Source of the DNA: an uncultured Acidobacteriaceae bacterium
Lineage (GTDB): Bacteria; Acidobacteriota; Terriglobia; Terriglobales; Acidobacteriaceae
DNA length: 64,000 nucleotides
Reading direction: 5' to 3'
NCBI GenBank assembly: GCA_963796615.1
Contig: CAWCMJ010000019.1
Location: 194,486-258,485, forward strand
Shown here: in pieces, positions 45,434 through 54,499 of the stretch
Layout of the letters: the number at the start of each line of letters is the position of its first letter
Numbering within the stretch: the stretch's first letter is position 1
Program-made: the position numbers and the translations under genes
The notes under the pieces: generated by a model
The model's database searches: none
What the model saw: only the letters and a program-made list of their open reading frames with translations
Told to the model about the DNA's origin: nothing

Positions 45434-45821
45434 CGGCAGATGCGCCGTGGAAGATCATGCTTCGGCATGAATCCGGCGCATCAGGGATGCCCGACGGAAA
45501 TTACTCGCAAGTAACCGCCACTTCCGCGCGAAGGTCACCTTTGTCTTGGTCTCTGGTCGCCCACCCAGTTGGCGAAAGAGTCATCTAGACGGCCGATCCC
45601 TCATTCTCAAATTCGCCAATAAGCCATTAATTATGATATAGTTAAAAAAGATATTGCCAGCCAATTCCAGTCATCTACGGCAATCGGCCTTACCTCGTTC
45701 ATCCCAGAAAATTTACCAATTTACCACTTTTGTTTCATTGTCCTGCCACGACTAACGTGTATAGTAACTATATTGAAGATTACGTTGATTGAGGATTACT
45801 GTGTCGTATAGTCGCACTTAC

Positions 45822-46217
45822 ATGCTGATTCTGGCTGCGGCCATCAACCTGCCTATGGTGCTGCCAAACTCTGCACACGCAACCAGTGGCTCACGGCCGC
45901 ACAGCAGCAGAACCTCGGCGGCGATTGGACACCGCGCGCCCCAGGCGGATGCCGACACCGAAAGCCAGGCCATCTCGGATCCTGACTGGACCGCCACTCC
46001 TCTCGATGAGGCCCAGGGATTTACTGACGCCGCCAGCGCATACGAGCCCGACCCGGTTGAGCAGACTGGTACCGATAGCCAAGCCCAGGCAGCTACCACC
46101 AAATCACCGGACAGCGCGTCTCACCGCTCCAAAATTCCCGAGCCTAGCACCTTGATGCTCTTCGGCAGCGTGCTGATTGGAATCGGTTACGCAGCTCGCA
46201 AACGCACCAAATCTTAA
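45822..46217 (+). CDS. Small PEP-CTERM sorting-domain protein
   Basis: Signal peptide MLILAAAINLPMVLPNSAHA and C-terminal IPEPSTLMLFGSVLIGIGYAARKRTKS. The ORF could start at TTG 45789. Confidence 0.7.
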   Translation: MLILAAAINLPMVLPNSAHATSGSRPHSSRTSAAIGHRAPQADADTESQAISDPDWTATPLDEAQGFTDAASAYEPDPVEQTGTDSQAQAATTKSPDSASHRSKIPEPSTLMLFGSVLIGIGYAARKRTKS

Positions 46218-46329
46218 ACAGCGTAGCTCCGGCTTCTGCCGATCCCAGCGCGAGTACATCCTCACCTGCGTTTCGGTTTGAGTAGGACGGCATGGCCGTT
46301 CTACTCCCACAACTCTTTTTCGGGAATCG

Positions 46330-47060
46330 ATTCAGCAGACAGCATGCTACGCACCACCCGAATGACCACGGCCACGTGTTCGCCGGGGACCAGCCTGCGT
46401 CGGGAGCTTAGAACTCACCTCCCATCCCAGAGTGGCAACTTGGAGACCTGCCAAGGCGGCGAGTCAATCGCCAACCGACTTCGTGCACCACTCTGCCACG
46501 AGATATCTTTGCGGACACGGCGACGTCCCCGGTGGCGCTCTAGTGGTTAAAGACGACAAACTGGCCAGGCAAGTTTACTTCCTGCAGAACGCCGAAGAGA
46601 ACGCGCTGGGTCCATTCGACGTGTTCCTGTTTTTGCACGGGCTGAAGACCTTGAGGCTGCGCCTCGATCGCCCGTAGAAGAACGCGCAAGCGAGTGCCAA
46701 GTCGCCGAGTAGCGCCCTCAAGCGACCGGCGTCAACGACCCACGGCTCACGACTTCAACCGACTGCCTTTTGCAGCGCAAGCAGGCGCGTGGAGCGGGAG
46801 TCGTGATCAGTCTTACCACCGGCGCGGCGGAAGCTTCGCTCCGCTTCGCGGAAGCGGCACGAATGTTCAGCATTTGCGTCCGCTTCGGCAGCATCAACTC
46901 CGCCATCAGCCCACCGGCATGCATGTCGCACTCCGGGTTTTCGCCGGAAGTCGGCGCGCTTCGCGACTCGCCGCCAGACCTGGTGCGGCTTTCGGTCGGC
47001 ATCGAGGATGCCGGAGACCTCATCGCAGATTTGGCACGGGACTTCACCCCGTCGCCGATT
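46330..47060 (+). pseudogene. Decayed Cys/Met-metabolism PLP-dependent enzyme (cystathionine gamma-synthase/beta-lyase family) remnant
   Basis: FVHHSATRYLCGHGDVPGGALVV..FLQNAEENALGPFDVFLFLHGLKTLRLR in one frame. QRKQARGAGVVISL..ISPPACMSHSG..LVRLSVGIEDAGDLIADL in another. An internal stop is present, and the N-terminal half is missing. Confidence 0.6.
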
Positions 47061-47675
47061 GCGCCCCATCGCATCGCCGAAGACAATGCGGACGGGATGG
47101 CATGATTCTCGATATACCACAATGTCAGATATTCTCTTACAGCAAGAGGCGCCGGAGGTCGCTTCGTCGGGCGCCGTTTACCGTTTCCGCTCAGCCTGCA
47201 ATCTTCCGCACCCGCACGGGTGCGACACCATTCATTCCTGGCTGCCGTGGCAATGAGAATCTTATGTCTGACATTGTGGTACTCTGGCGAACGTTGCCTG
47301 GCCGGCCACGAAGTTCGCGTCGTGTGCGTACACGCACGCATTACAGGTGCTCGCCGGGTCTGCCGTTCGGCTTCCAGAATTCGACTCCGCTCGATTTCAC
47401 GAAACCCTTTCCAAAGATTTCCACAGGACGCCGTTGAAAACTGTAGGACTACATTGTCGTCCTGCCTTTCAGTCATTCGCCAACTCACACAGCCGCTTGG
47501 AGTTGGCACCACTTTTCAGTTCGAGTCACATTCGCACACCTATCGTCCATAAAACGTCGATTTACTTTTGTCGGCAGACCGACGATAATGAGGTAGAAAG
47601 AAACATCAAGTATTCATCCAACAAACTCACCCGTCGGCCCCAAATCTGGGTATCTGACAGTGTGGGAGGAGTGAA

Positions 47676-47900
47676 ATGCAGGTCGAATCTGACTATTCTG
47701 CGGATGTTAATCAACGCGAACGCATTTGGTTTTTTCCCAATAAGTTCTGGGCCGCCACCAAGGGCATGGAGCCCGAGGCCGTAAGCCGGCTCATGGAAGA
47801 AGTCGAGAAGCTTGCCGAGGCGAAGAATGTGGATGCTCTGAAGAAGTATCCCTTCGTCTTCGTCGGCGACCCCTACAAAGACGAAGGCCACGCGGCGTAG
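47676..47900 (+). CDS. Small hypothetical protein (74 aa)
   Basis: GGGAGGAG lies 6 nt before the ATG. Balanced composition (..RLMEEVEKLAEAKNVDALKKYPFVFVGDPYK). Confidence 0.5.
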   Translation: MQVESDYSADVNQRERIWFFPNKFWAATKGMEPEAVSRLMEEVEKLAEAKNVDALKKYPFVFVGDPYKDEGHAA

Positions 47901-47954
47901 ACGGGCCGTTACCCGTCGTGTGGCAATGCAATGCAGGCGCCCTGAGCACCGGTG

Positions 47955-49448
47955 CTAAGCCGGTAACCGGCGCCGTTGCGCCAGCGGCTTGATCACGATC
48001 GGCATCCGAATACAGCTCTCGAGCAGATAGCGCGCCCGCGCCAATTGCTCGCCAAACGGACTGACCGCGTTCGTGAGTCCTGAGACGTGAATCACCAGCA
48101 TCCCGCCCCGTCGTTCCAGCACGACTGCGGAAACGCGCTGGTCATGAGCATCATCCAGGGCGTTGGCCAGGCGCAACACTCCCGCCAGCGGCATTAGTTC
48201 CACGCGGCGTTGCGCCGGCAGTCCAGCAAAAATCGGATGGTTCGACGGCGGCAGCGCTCCGCGATGATAGTGCGCCACGATGGCCACGCTCTGCAGATAG
48301 TCTTCGGTCCATCCCACCGGCGGATTCAGGCCGCGTATCATCTGGTACCCACGCTTGCGGTGTCCACCGTCCTTGCCGCGTCCCACATCGTGCATCACCG
48401 CAGCCGCCTCCAGGATGCGCCGTGCCGGCTCCGATTCCGGAAACAAGCCTTCACGCGCCAGTCCGTCGAAAATCTCCAGCGCCAGCCGGGTCACCAGTTC
48501 CGTGTGCCGGTCGTCGGGATCGTGAAACGCAGCCCACGTTCGCATCTTTTCCAGGGCAGCTTCCGCGAGCGCATCGCCTGACGGGAGTTCTGCCCGCCAC
48601 TGCTGCCACAACGAATCCCGCCCCATCATCTTCTTGCGATAGAGCGCAATCCGCTTCTGACGCTCACGCGTGAGTGTCTCTAGCCACAGAGCACGCTCCT
48701 CGGCGCCGACCTCCGGATGCGACTTTACCAGCGCCCACAGCACGTCGAAATCGTGGACCTCGCCGAGCGCATCTTGCAACTCCCGCAGATCGCGTGACCA
48801 GCGTTTGTGGCGCTCCGGCAGAAAGTTCTCCACCGTATAGCGAAACCGCTTAATGCCGATTCGCAGCTGGTGATAAGCCACCGCACTCCGGTTGCGCAGC
48901 GCCGTGCGGTGCAACTCATAGGCGTCGTGCCAGCGTTCCAGCGCGAGGTACTGAAACACCAATCCCTCCAGCGGCAGCCGCGTCGCACGCTCACTCAGCT
49001 TGCGGTTGAGCCCTATCCAGCGGTCCCCGTCGAAGCTGTTCACTGCCTCCCGCGCTACCTGCTTCAGCGCCCCTTCCTTCTCCCGCAACGACGCCAGCAG
49101 AATATGCCGCAGCGGGTCATCCTCGGCCGATAGTTTCTCGACCCACTCCATCATCACCTGCGTGTCGCGCAATTCGCCCAGGCGGGAGAACAGGCCCTTC
49201 CCCAGCTTTTTCATCTGCCGCCAGGCCGGATCAGGATCAACCGACAGGAATCCGTCGGCCAGGGAGCGGCAGCGGCGAATCGCTACCCGCAAATCATGCA
49301 CCGGATCGGCGGCAAAATCCTGGCTGGCCTTATCAGCCTCTTCCAGAACTCGCTCGGCCCAATAACCCAGCCCTGACTTTTTCTCGCCATTGGCCTGAGG
49401 CGGATCAGTTGTCGCTGGCACTGCTGGGCGATTGATATCTGAGGGCAT
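47955..49448 (-). CDS. CHAD domain protein with a C-terminal HD-type (Ppx/GppA C-terminal-like) domain
   Basis: CHAD signatures DPVHDLRVAIRRCRSLADGF and HQLRIGIKRFRYTVE. C-terminal AAAVMHDVGRG..HRKRGYQMI..VAIVAHYHRG. Confidence 0.75.
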   Translation of the reverse strand: MPSDINRPAVPATTDPPQANGEKKSGLGYWAERVLEEADKASQDFAADPVHDLRVAIRRCRSLADGFLSVDPDPAWRQMKKLGKGLFSRLGELRDTQVMMEWVEKLSAEDDPLRHILLASLREKEGALKQVAREAVNSFDGDRWIGLNRKLSERATRLPLEGLVFQYLALERWHDAYELHRTALRNRSAVAYHQLRIGIKRFRYTVENFLPERHKRWSRDLRELQDALGEVHDFDVLWALVKSHPEVGAEERALWLETLTRERQKRIALYRKKMMGRDSLWQQWRAELPSGDALAEAALEKMRTWAAFHDPDDRHTELVTRLALEIFDGLAREGLFPESEPARRILEAAAVMHDVGRGKDGGHRKRGYQMIRGLNPPVGWTEDYLQSVAIVAHYHRGALPPSNHPIFAGLPAQRRVELMPLAGVLRLANALDDAHDQRVSAVVLERRGGMLVIHVSGLTNAVSPFGEQLARARYLLESCIRMPIVIKPLAQRRRLPA

Positions 49449-49501
49449 GTCGGTACGTCGTCCGCTCCTATTTTCTCAGACTGCGCCGGGTGCACAGCAA
49501 A

Positions 49502-50908
49502 TCAGCGCGAAGAACTTGCCGCCGGACCCGGAATTTGTTCGATCCTGCCCAGCAGAAAAATGTACGAAGCAATCCCCGCAACCAGCACGCCTGCTGCCAC
49601 TAGAAACGGCCTGCGGAACGACTGCGAATTCCCCACCAGGTAGCCGGTGATTACCGGCGCCAGAACTCCGGGCAAATTGGCGACAAAGTTCATGATGCCC
49701 GCCACCCGACCCGTGCTGCCGGCAGGCGCAATCAGCCCCGGAATCGACCACCCGACCGGAGCCGACGCCGCCAGTCCGCACAGCGCAATTGAGATCCAGA
49801 AGATCGCTATCCGAGGATCGCTGGTGCGCGTGGCGCCCGCCACCGCCAGGCCCAGCACCAACCCGGCCACCAGAATAGTCTGCCGCACCCTCGTCGCCTC
49901 GCGGCCCGTCCGGATCAGGTAATCCACCAGCCATCCGCCGACCATCAAGTCGCTCACCGTCGCCGCCAGCCACGGAATCGCCGTGAACATTCCCGAGCGC
50001 AATACGTCGAGATGCAGCGACGTACTCAGGTATCCCGGCAGCCACGTAAGAAAAAGGTAGAAGTTGTAGTTGTACGCAGCCATGCCAAGGGCAAGGCCCC
50101 ACACCTTCTTCCGTCGCAACAGGAACCACAGCGACGCAGCCTGCCCGGGCTCGACCGAAGCCGCCTCGTGTCCTCCGGCGACGATATGTTCGCGCTCGGC
50201 TGCCGAAAGCTGTTGGTCTTCTGCAGGCTCGCGATACACCCGGCAGAACAGCACAAAGTAGCCGAGGCTGAGCAAGCCCGTAAATGCGAAGCTCGCGCGC
50301 CAGCCCCAGTAGTGCACTACCACCGCGACCAGCGGAACTCCGATGGCTGAAGCGAACTTGGCGCTGGCGTCGAAAATGGCCGTCGCCAGCCCGCGCTCAC
50401 CGCGCGGGAACCACACCCCGATGGCCTTAGCATTGCCGGGAAACGTCGGCGCCTCGGCCACGCCCAGTACCAGCCGGGCCGAGATCATGGCCATGAAACC
50501 CCGCGCCAGTCCGGTGGCAAACGACGCGACGCTCCACAGAAATGCGCTGATGCGAATGACCGGCTTCACCCCGAAGCGGTCCAGCACCGGCCCCGAGGGC
50601 AGCTGCAAAACGATATACGTCCAGCTATAGGCGCTGAGCAGGTAGCCGATGGCAATCGTGCTCAGTCCGAACTCTTCTCGCAGCGGCGTAACCGCGACCG
50701 ACAAATTGACGCGGTCAAAGAAGTTGATGATGACGCCAATGCCCAACAGCACGGCTATGCGCCATCGGCGGCTGGTCCACAAGCTCGGTAATGAAGAATC
50801 GCGTGTCACGCCGTGCACAGGCTTCGACACAGTAGAACACACCAGCCGTCCGGCCCCGCGTTGTCCCTCGCGGCGTGAAGACTCACATTCTCCCGTGACT
50901 GCAATCAC
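49502..50908 (-). CDS. MFS transporter (anion:cation symporter / hexuronate-like subfamily)
   Basis: 12-TM pattern. FFDRVNLSVAVTPLREEFGLS..GYLLSAYSWTYIVLQLPSGPVLDRFG. The start is uncertain because of the long N-terminal leader. Confidence 0.85.
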   Translation of the reverse strand: MIAVTGECESSRREGQRGAGRLVCSTVSKPVHGVTRDSSLPSLWTSRRWRIAVLLGIGVIINFFDRVNLSVAVTPLREEFGLSTIAIGYLLSAYSWTYIVLQLPSGPVLDRFGVKPVIRISAFLWSVASFATGLARGFMAMISARLVLGVAEAPTFPGNAKAIGVWFPRGERGLATAIFDASAKFASAIGVPLVAVVVHYWGWRASFAFTGLLSLGYFVLFCRVYREPAEDQQLSAAEREHIVAGGHEAASVEPGQAASLWFLLRRKKVWGLALGMAAYNYNFYLFLTWLPGYLSTSLHLDVLRSGMFTAIPWLAATVSDLMVGGWLVDYLIRTGREATRVRQTILVAGLVLGLAVAGATRTSDPRIAIFWISIALCGLAASAPVGWSIPGLIAPAGSTGRVAGIMNFVANLPGVLAPVITGYLVGNSQSFRRPFLVAAGVLVAGIASYIFLLGRIEQIPGPAASSSR

Positions 50909-50976
50909 TGCGCCGCTTTCGCTGCGGGAGTATAAAAAGACCAGGCTCGATCCCAGCTCGCCCGTGGAGGTGTCCC

Positions 50977-51882
50977 ATGGCAGCCAGCGTAGTCACTCGT
51001 GTGGCCTTCAAGAACATCCTGTTCGCAACCGACTTCTCCGACGGATCGCAGCGTGCGCTGCTGCAGGCCCTCGCCATGGCGAAGCGCTATGACGCCAAGC
51101 TCACCGTCGTACATGTCGCGCCGTCTGCCATGCAGGTCCCCATTCCCATGGAGCCTGTGCCGCTGGAAGCGGACTGGCAAGTCAATCTCGCGAGAGAGTC
51201 GATGCGGCATCTGGAGGACTTCGAGCCGCTCCACATCTACCCGCACGAAACCGTGCTGAAACAAGGCAACGCCTGGCCCGAAATGGCGGGCGTCATCGCC
51301 GACCGCAACATTGACCTCATCGTGCTGGGCACCCACGGACGCGGCCTGGTGGGCACGCTTCTGCTTGGCTCCGTAGCTGAGCAGGTACTCCGTCACGCCA
51401 CTTGTCCCGTGCTGACCGTGGGCCCTGACGTGTTGCCAACGCTGGTTGACCACCAGCGCTTGTCGCACATACTGTTCGCCACCGACTTTTCCGATGGCTC
51501 CATGCACGCGCTGCCCTATGCCCTGTCGCTCGCCGAGGAAAACAACGCCGAACTCACACTGATGCACATTCTCGAGCAGCTGGAGCCCATGCCCATACAG
51601 TACTCGAAGGAGTTGCTGGCGGACTATCGTAAGCGCCTGTGGGCCATGGTTCCCGACGACGCCAGTCTGTGGTGCAAGCCGCAAGTCACCGTTGCCGTGG
51701 GAGCGGCTGCCGACGAAATCGTCCGCCTCGCCCATGATCGCCATGCGGATTTGATCGTCATGGGTGCTCACGGCGGCGGGGCCGTGGCCAGCCACTTGCC
51801 TTGGACGGTGGTGCATTCCGTGGTGCGCCACGCCCGCTGCCCTGTGCTAACGGTGCGGAGCGCCCGAGCGGCTGTGGAGTAG
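50977..51882 (+). CDS. Tandem universal stress protein (2 x UspA domain)
   Basis: Two copies of ILFATDFSDGS..HV...DLIV(L/M)G(T/A)HG..G....GSV and HA.CPVLTV. Confidence 0.9.
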   Translation: MAASVVTRVAFKNILFATDFSDGSQRALLQALAMAKRYDAKLTVVHVAPSAMQVPIPMEPVPLEADWQVNLARESMRHLEDFEPLHIYPHETVLKQGNAWPEMAGVIADRNIDLIVLGTHGRGLVGTLLLGSVAEQVLRHATCPVLTVGPDVLPTLVDHQRLSHILFATDFSDGSMHALPYALSLAEENNAELTLMHILEQLEPMPIQYSKELLADYRKRLWAMVPDDASLWCKPQVTVAVGAAADEIVRLAHDRHADLIVMGAHGGGAVASHLPWTVVHSVVRHARCPVLTVRSARAAVE

Positions 51883-51945
51883 AGTATCGCTCCAACCGAT
51901 TTCTTCGAATTTGCGAGTACTGGTCCTCCCGTTTCACATCGACCC

Positions 51946-51991
51946 GAAGCCCCACCCTTGTCGCAGAAGCTTGGCGACAGGGTGGGGCTTC
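51946..51991. terminator. Long GC-rich hairpin between convergent genes (possible bidirectional terminator)
   Basis: GAAGCCCCACCCT (51946-51958) pairs with AGGGTGGGGCTTC (51979-51991), with an inner GTCGC/GCGAC stem. Only a weak T-tract (CTGTT) follows. Confidence 0.45.
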
Positions 51992-52028
51992 TGTTCGGGG
52001 GGAGGCCAGAGACTAGGCCGGGGCGTCG

Positions 52029-52817
52029 CTATCCGATCAGCTTCCGGCGCAGAATTCCTGCGAGACCCGCAACTCCGCTACCCAGCAATAACAGGCTCGA
52101 TGGTTCCGGCGTGGTACCCAGCGGATTATTGCCGATTCCGTCGCTCACCACGATGCTGTATTGGGAAGCGTTCGGAGTGTTGGGGTCGATGTAGATATAG
52201 GGATCGGCATAGGCAACGGCCGATCCTGAGGCACCCGCGGCACCTTCCCACAACGACACCAGAGTGCTCATATCAATTGTTGCCACATCGCCTACCTGCA
52301 TCGGCACCGCAAAGGTGCCAACCCAGGTATTGGAATACCAGCACTGTCCCACGCAGTCGTTAGCAAGAGTATGGCTGAAAGCGTTGCCGTTCACGCTCAC
52401 CGCAATCGACGTGGACGTTTGAACCAGCGACGAAGAGCCCACGTCACTGGAGGAGGTTGCCGCCTGCAGCGCGGCGTCGACGTCGACCGTGACGAAATCG
52501 CCGACATTGCCGCCCGTGACCGTGAAGTAGTAGACGACGTCTAGCGAACCACCAGGCGAGCAGACGTTCGGGCCCTGGAAAGAACAGCCCGCGCTCAAAT
52601 ACGAACCCGCATTGGGCATAGCTGTCGCCGCAGCCGATATGGGACCATTCAGGTAAGTCCCCGGCCCGCTGATCGTCACAGTTGTGTCGGTGACGTTGTA
52701 ATAGATAGATCCATTGAAGAACGGGTCGGGAACGGTTGCCGCCCCGGCTGCACTCGAGATCACGCACAGGCACAAAATGGTGACTACCGCTGCGAAATAC
52801 GTGTGGCGATGGTTCAT
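52029..52817 (-). CDS. PEP-CTERM sorting-domain protein (paralog 1)
   Basis: Signal peptide, and a C-terminal TPEPSSLLLLGSGVAGLAGILRRKLIG. Shares ADPYIYIDPNTPNA..YSIVVSDGIGNNPL with its neighbour. Confidence 0.85.
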   Translation of the reverse strand: MNHRHTYFAAVVTILCLCVISSAAGAATVPDPFFNGSIYYNVTDTTVTISGPGTYLNGPISAAATAMPNAGSYLSAGCSFQGPNVCSPGGSLDVVYYFTVTGGNVGDFVTVDVDAALQAATSSSDVGSSSLVQTSTSIAVSVNGNAFSHTLANDCVGQCWYSNTWVGTFAVPMQVGDVATIDMSTLVSLWEGAAGASGSAVAYADPYIYIDPNTPNASQYSIVVSDGIGNNPLGTTPEPSSLLLLGSGVAGLAGILRRKLIG

Positions 52818-52859
52818 TGGGTTCCTCGTTCCAGTAGGTTTGTAAGTCCCGTGTAACCG

Positions 52860-53666
52860 CTATGTGGACAATCTCCGGCGCAGAATTCCTGCGAGACCCG
52901 CAACTCCGCTGCCCAGCAGCAACACGCTGGACGGTTCGGGCGTGGGTTGCAGCGGATTGTTGCCGATGCCATCGCTCACAACAATGCTGTATTCCCAGGC
53001 ATTGGGAGTATTGGGATCGATGTAAATGTAGGGATCAGCTAACGCCGACGCTGTTGCCAGGCCCAGTACGCAATTTGGGCCGGGACAATCACTAATGCCG
53101 GCCTCGGTATCGATGTCCGTTTCGACCATCACCGTTGCGATATCGCCCACGGCCATCTCCATGGACAACGTGCCCGCCCAGTTATGCTGAAAGCTGCAAT
53201 CACCAGGCCCACAGCCGTACTGCAAGTCGTGCCCAACGGTATTGCCGTTCACTGAGAGCGAAACCTGGGCGTTTGTCCAAGCGTAGGACTCAAAGTTTGC
53301 CCCCGTTCCCAACGACCTTAGGATGCTGTCCATGAGTACGTTCACCTGGTCACCGGAATTCCCGCCCGTCACTTCGAAGTAGTAGGTAATCGACAATGAC
53401 GCTCCCAGCGAGCAGGCATCCGGGTAGGTGGAACCTGCCGAACATGTGCTGTTCAACGACACTGCCGCGTTGGGCATGGCCGACACCAAACCCGACCCAG
53501 GACCAACCGAATAGCTCCCCGGCCCATCCTCCAGGACCGTCTGCTGCTGCTGGTAGGTCATGTATCCGTAGTAGAACGGGTCTGGAACAACCCCGGCCGC
53601 GCTCGATATTACGAATACGCACAAAAAGGTGACAACCGCTGCGAAAAACTTGTAACGTGTGTTCAT
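52860..53666 (-). CDS. PEP-CTERM sorting-domain protein (paralog 2)
   Basis: C-terminal TPEPSSVLLLGSGVAGLAGILRRRLST. The 3' end of about 150 nt is nearly identical at DNA level to 52029-52200. Confidence 0.85.
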   Translation of the reverse strand: MNTRYKFFAAVVTFLCVFVISSAAGVVPDPFYYGYMTYQQQQTVLEDGPGSYSVGPGSGLVSAMPNAAVSLNSTCSAGSTYPDACSLGASLSITYYFEVTGGNSGDQVNVLMDSILRSLGTGANFESYAWTNAQVSLSVNGNTVGHDLQYGCGPGDCSFQHNWAGTLSMEMAVGDIATVMVETDIDTEAGISDCPGPNCVLGLATASALADPYIYIDPNTPNAWEYSIVVSDGIGNNPLQPTPEPSSVLLLGSGVAGLAGILRRRLST

Positions 53667-53888
53667 TTGGTGCCTCTCCCCCTATAGCGTTGTAGTTGTC
53701 GACAATCGTCGTTAGTGCGACCAATCCGGCCACGCCGGGGCGTGTGCTAAAATCGCGCCATTCTTTGCAGGCTTTCCCACATTGCGCCTGGCGACGTATA
53801 CGTCGGGGCAAAATTTGCGTTCTGATCTACAAGCGGAAACGGTGCGGAAAACCCGCCACGTTAGACAAGAAAATCTGGGGCCCGGGCC

Positions 53889-54482
53889 ATGCGAGACCAA
53901 AGCGCAGCGTCGAATATTACGTCGTTACTACTGCGCTGGAGTAATGGCGACGAAGCTGCCCTGCCGTACATCACTGATGCCGTGTACCAGGAACTCCGCC
54001 GCTTGGCGGGGTCGATATTCCGGCAGGAGTCGGAAGGCCATACCCTGCAACCCACCGCCCTGGTGCATGAGCTTTATCTTCAGTTACCTGACATGCAGAG
54101 CTTCGACTGGAAGAGCCGGGCGCAGTTCTTTTCCGTCGCGGCCCGCATGATGCGCCATATCCTGGTAGACCACGCTCGCCGCCGGAACGCCGCCAAGCGC
54201 GGCGGAGGCGAAAAGCCGATCACGCTGCCCGATATCGGCAAGGCGCCGAACCTGGATGTGCTGCTGGTGAACGACGCGCTCGACCGCTTTGCCGCCGAAC
54301 ATGCCCGCCAGGCGCAGGTGGTGGAGTTGCGCTTCTTTGGCGGGTTGACCGCCGACGAGACGGCGGAAGTGCTGCGCCAGCAGGGCATCGATTGCTCGCT
54401 GCGCACGGTGGAGCGCGACTGGCGCTTTGCCCGCGCCTGGTTGCAAGATGCCATCGGCGCACCAGACGTCGCGCGAGGTTAG
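53889..54482 (+). CDS. ECF-type RNA polymerase sigma factor (Sigma70_ECF / TIGR02999-like, kinase-associated group)
   Basis: ITSLLLRWSNGDEAAL..VYQELRRLAG..LQPTALVHELYLQL..FFSVAARMMRHILVDHARRR, and a region 4 ETAEVLRQQGIDCSLRTVERDWRFARAWL. Confidence 0.85.
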   Translation: MRDQSAASNITSLLLRWSNGDEAALPYITDAVYQELRRLAGSIFRQESEGHTLQPTALVHELYLQLPDMQSFDWKSRAQFFSVAARMMRHILVDHARRRNAAKRGGGEKPITLPDIGKAPNLDVLLVNDALDRFAAEHARQAQVVELRFFGGLTADETAEVLRQQGIDCSLRTVERDWRFARAWLQDAIGAPDVARG

Positions 54483-54499
54483 CTGCCCCATCGATCGCC

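Noticed and set aside
46694-47512. Overlapping ORFs of 247 aa (+) and 264 aa (-) in the decayed region
   Set aside because: They are mutually antisense, Arg/Ser/Pro-rich and lack motifs. The only recognisable similarity in this stretch is the fragmented PLP-enzyme remnant in other frames.
47497-47516. Sigma-54-like promoter TTGGCACCACTTTTCAG
   Set aside because: The GG element is present but the -12 GC is missing (TTCA instead of TTGC). It lies about 160 nt from the nearest start, and a single weak match is expected by chance.
50905-51831. 308-aa minus-strand ORF
   Set aside because: Antisense to the tandem USP gene, whose duplicated UspA motifs are clear on the plus strand.
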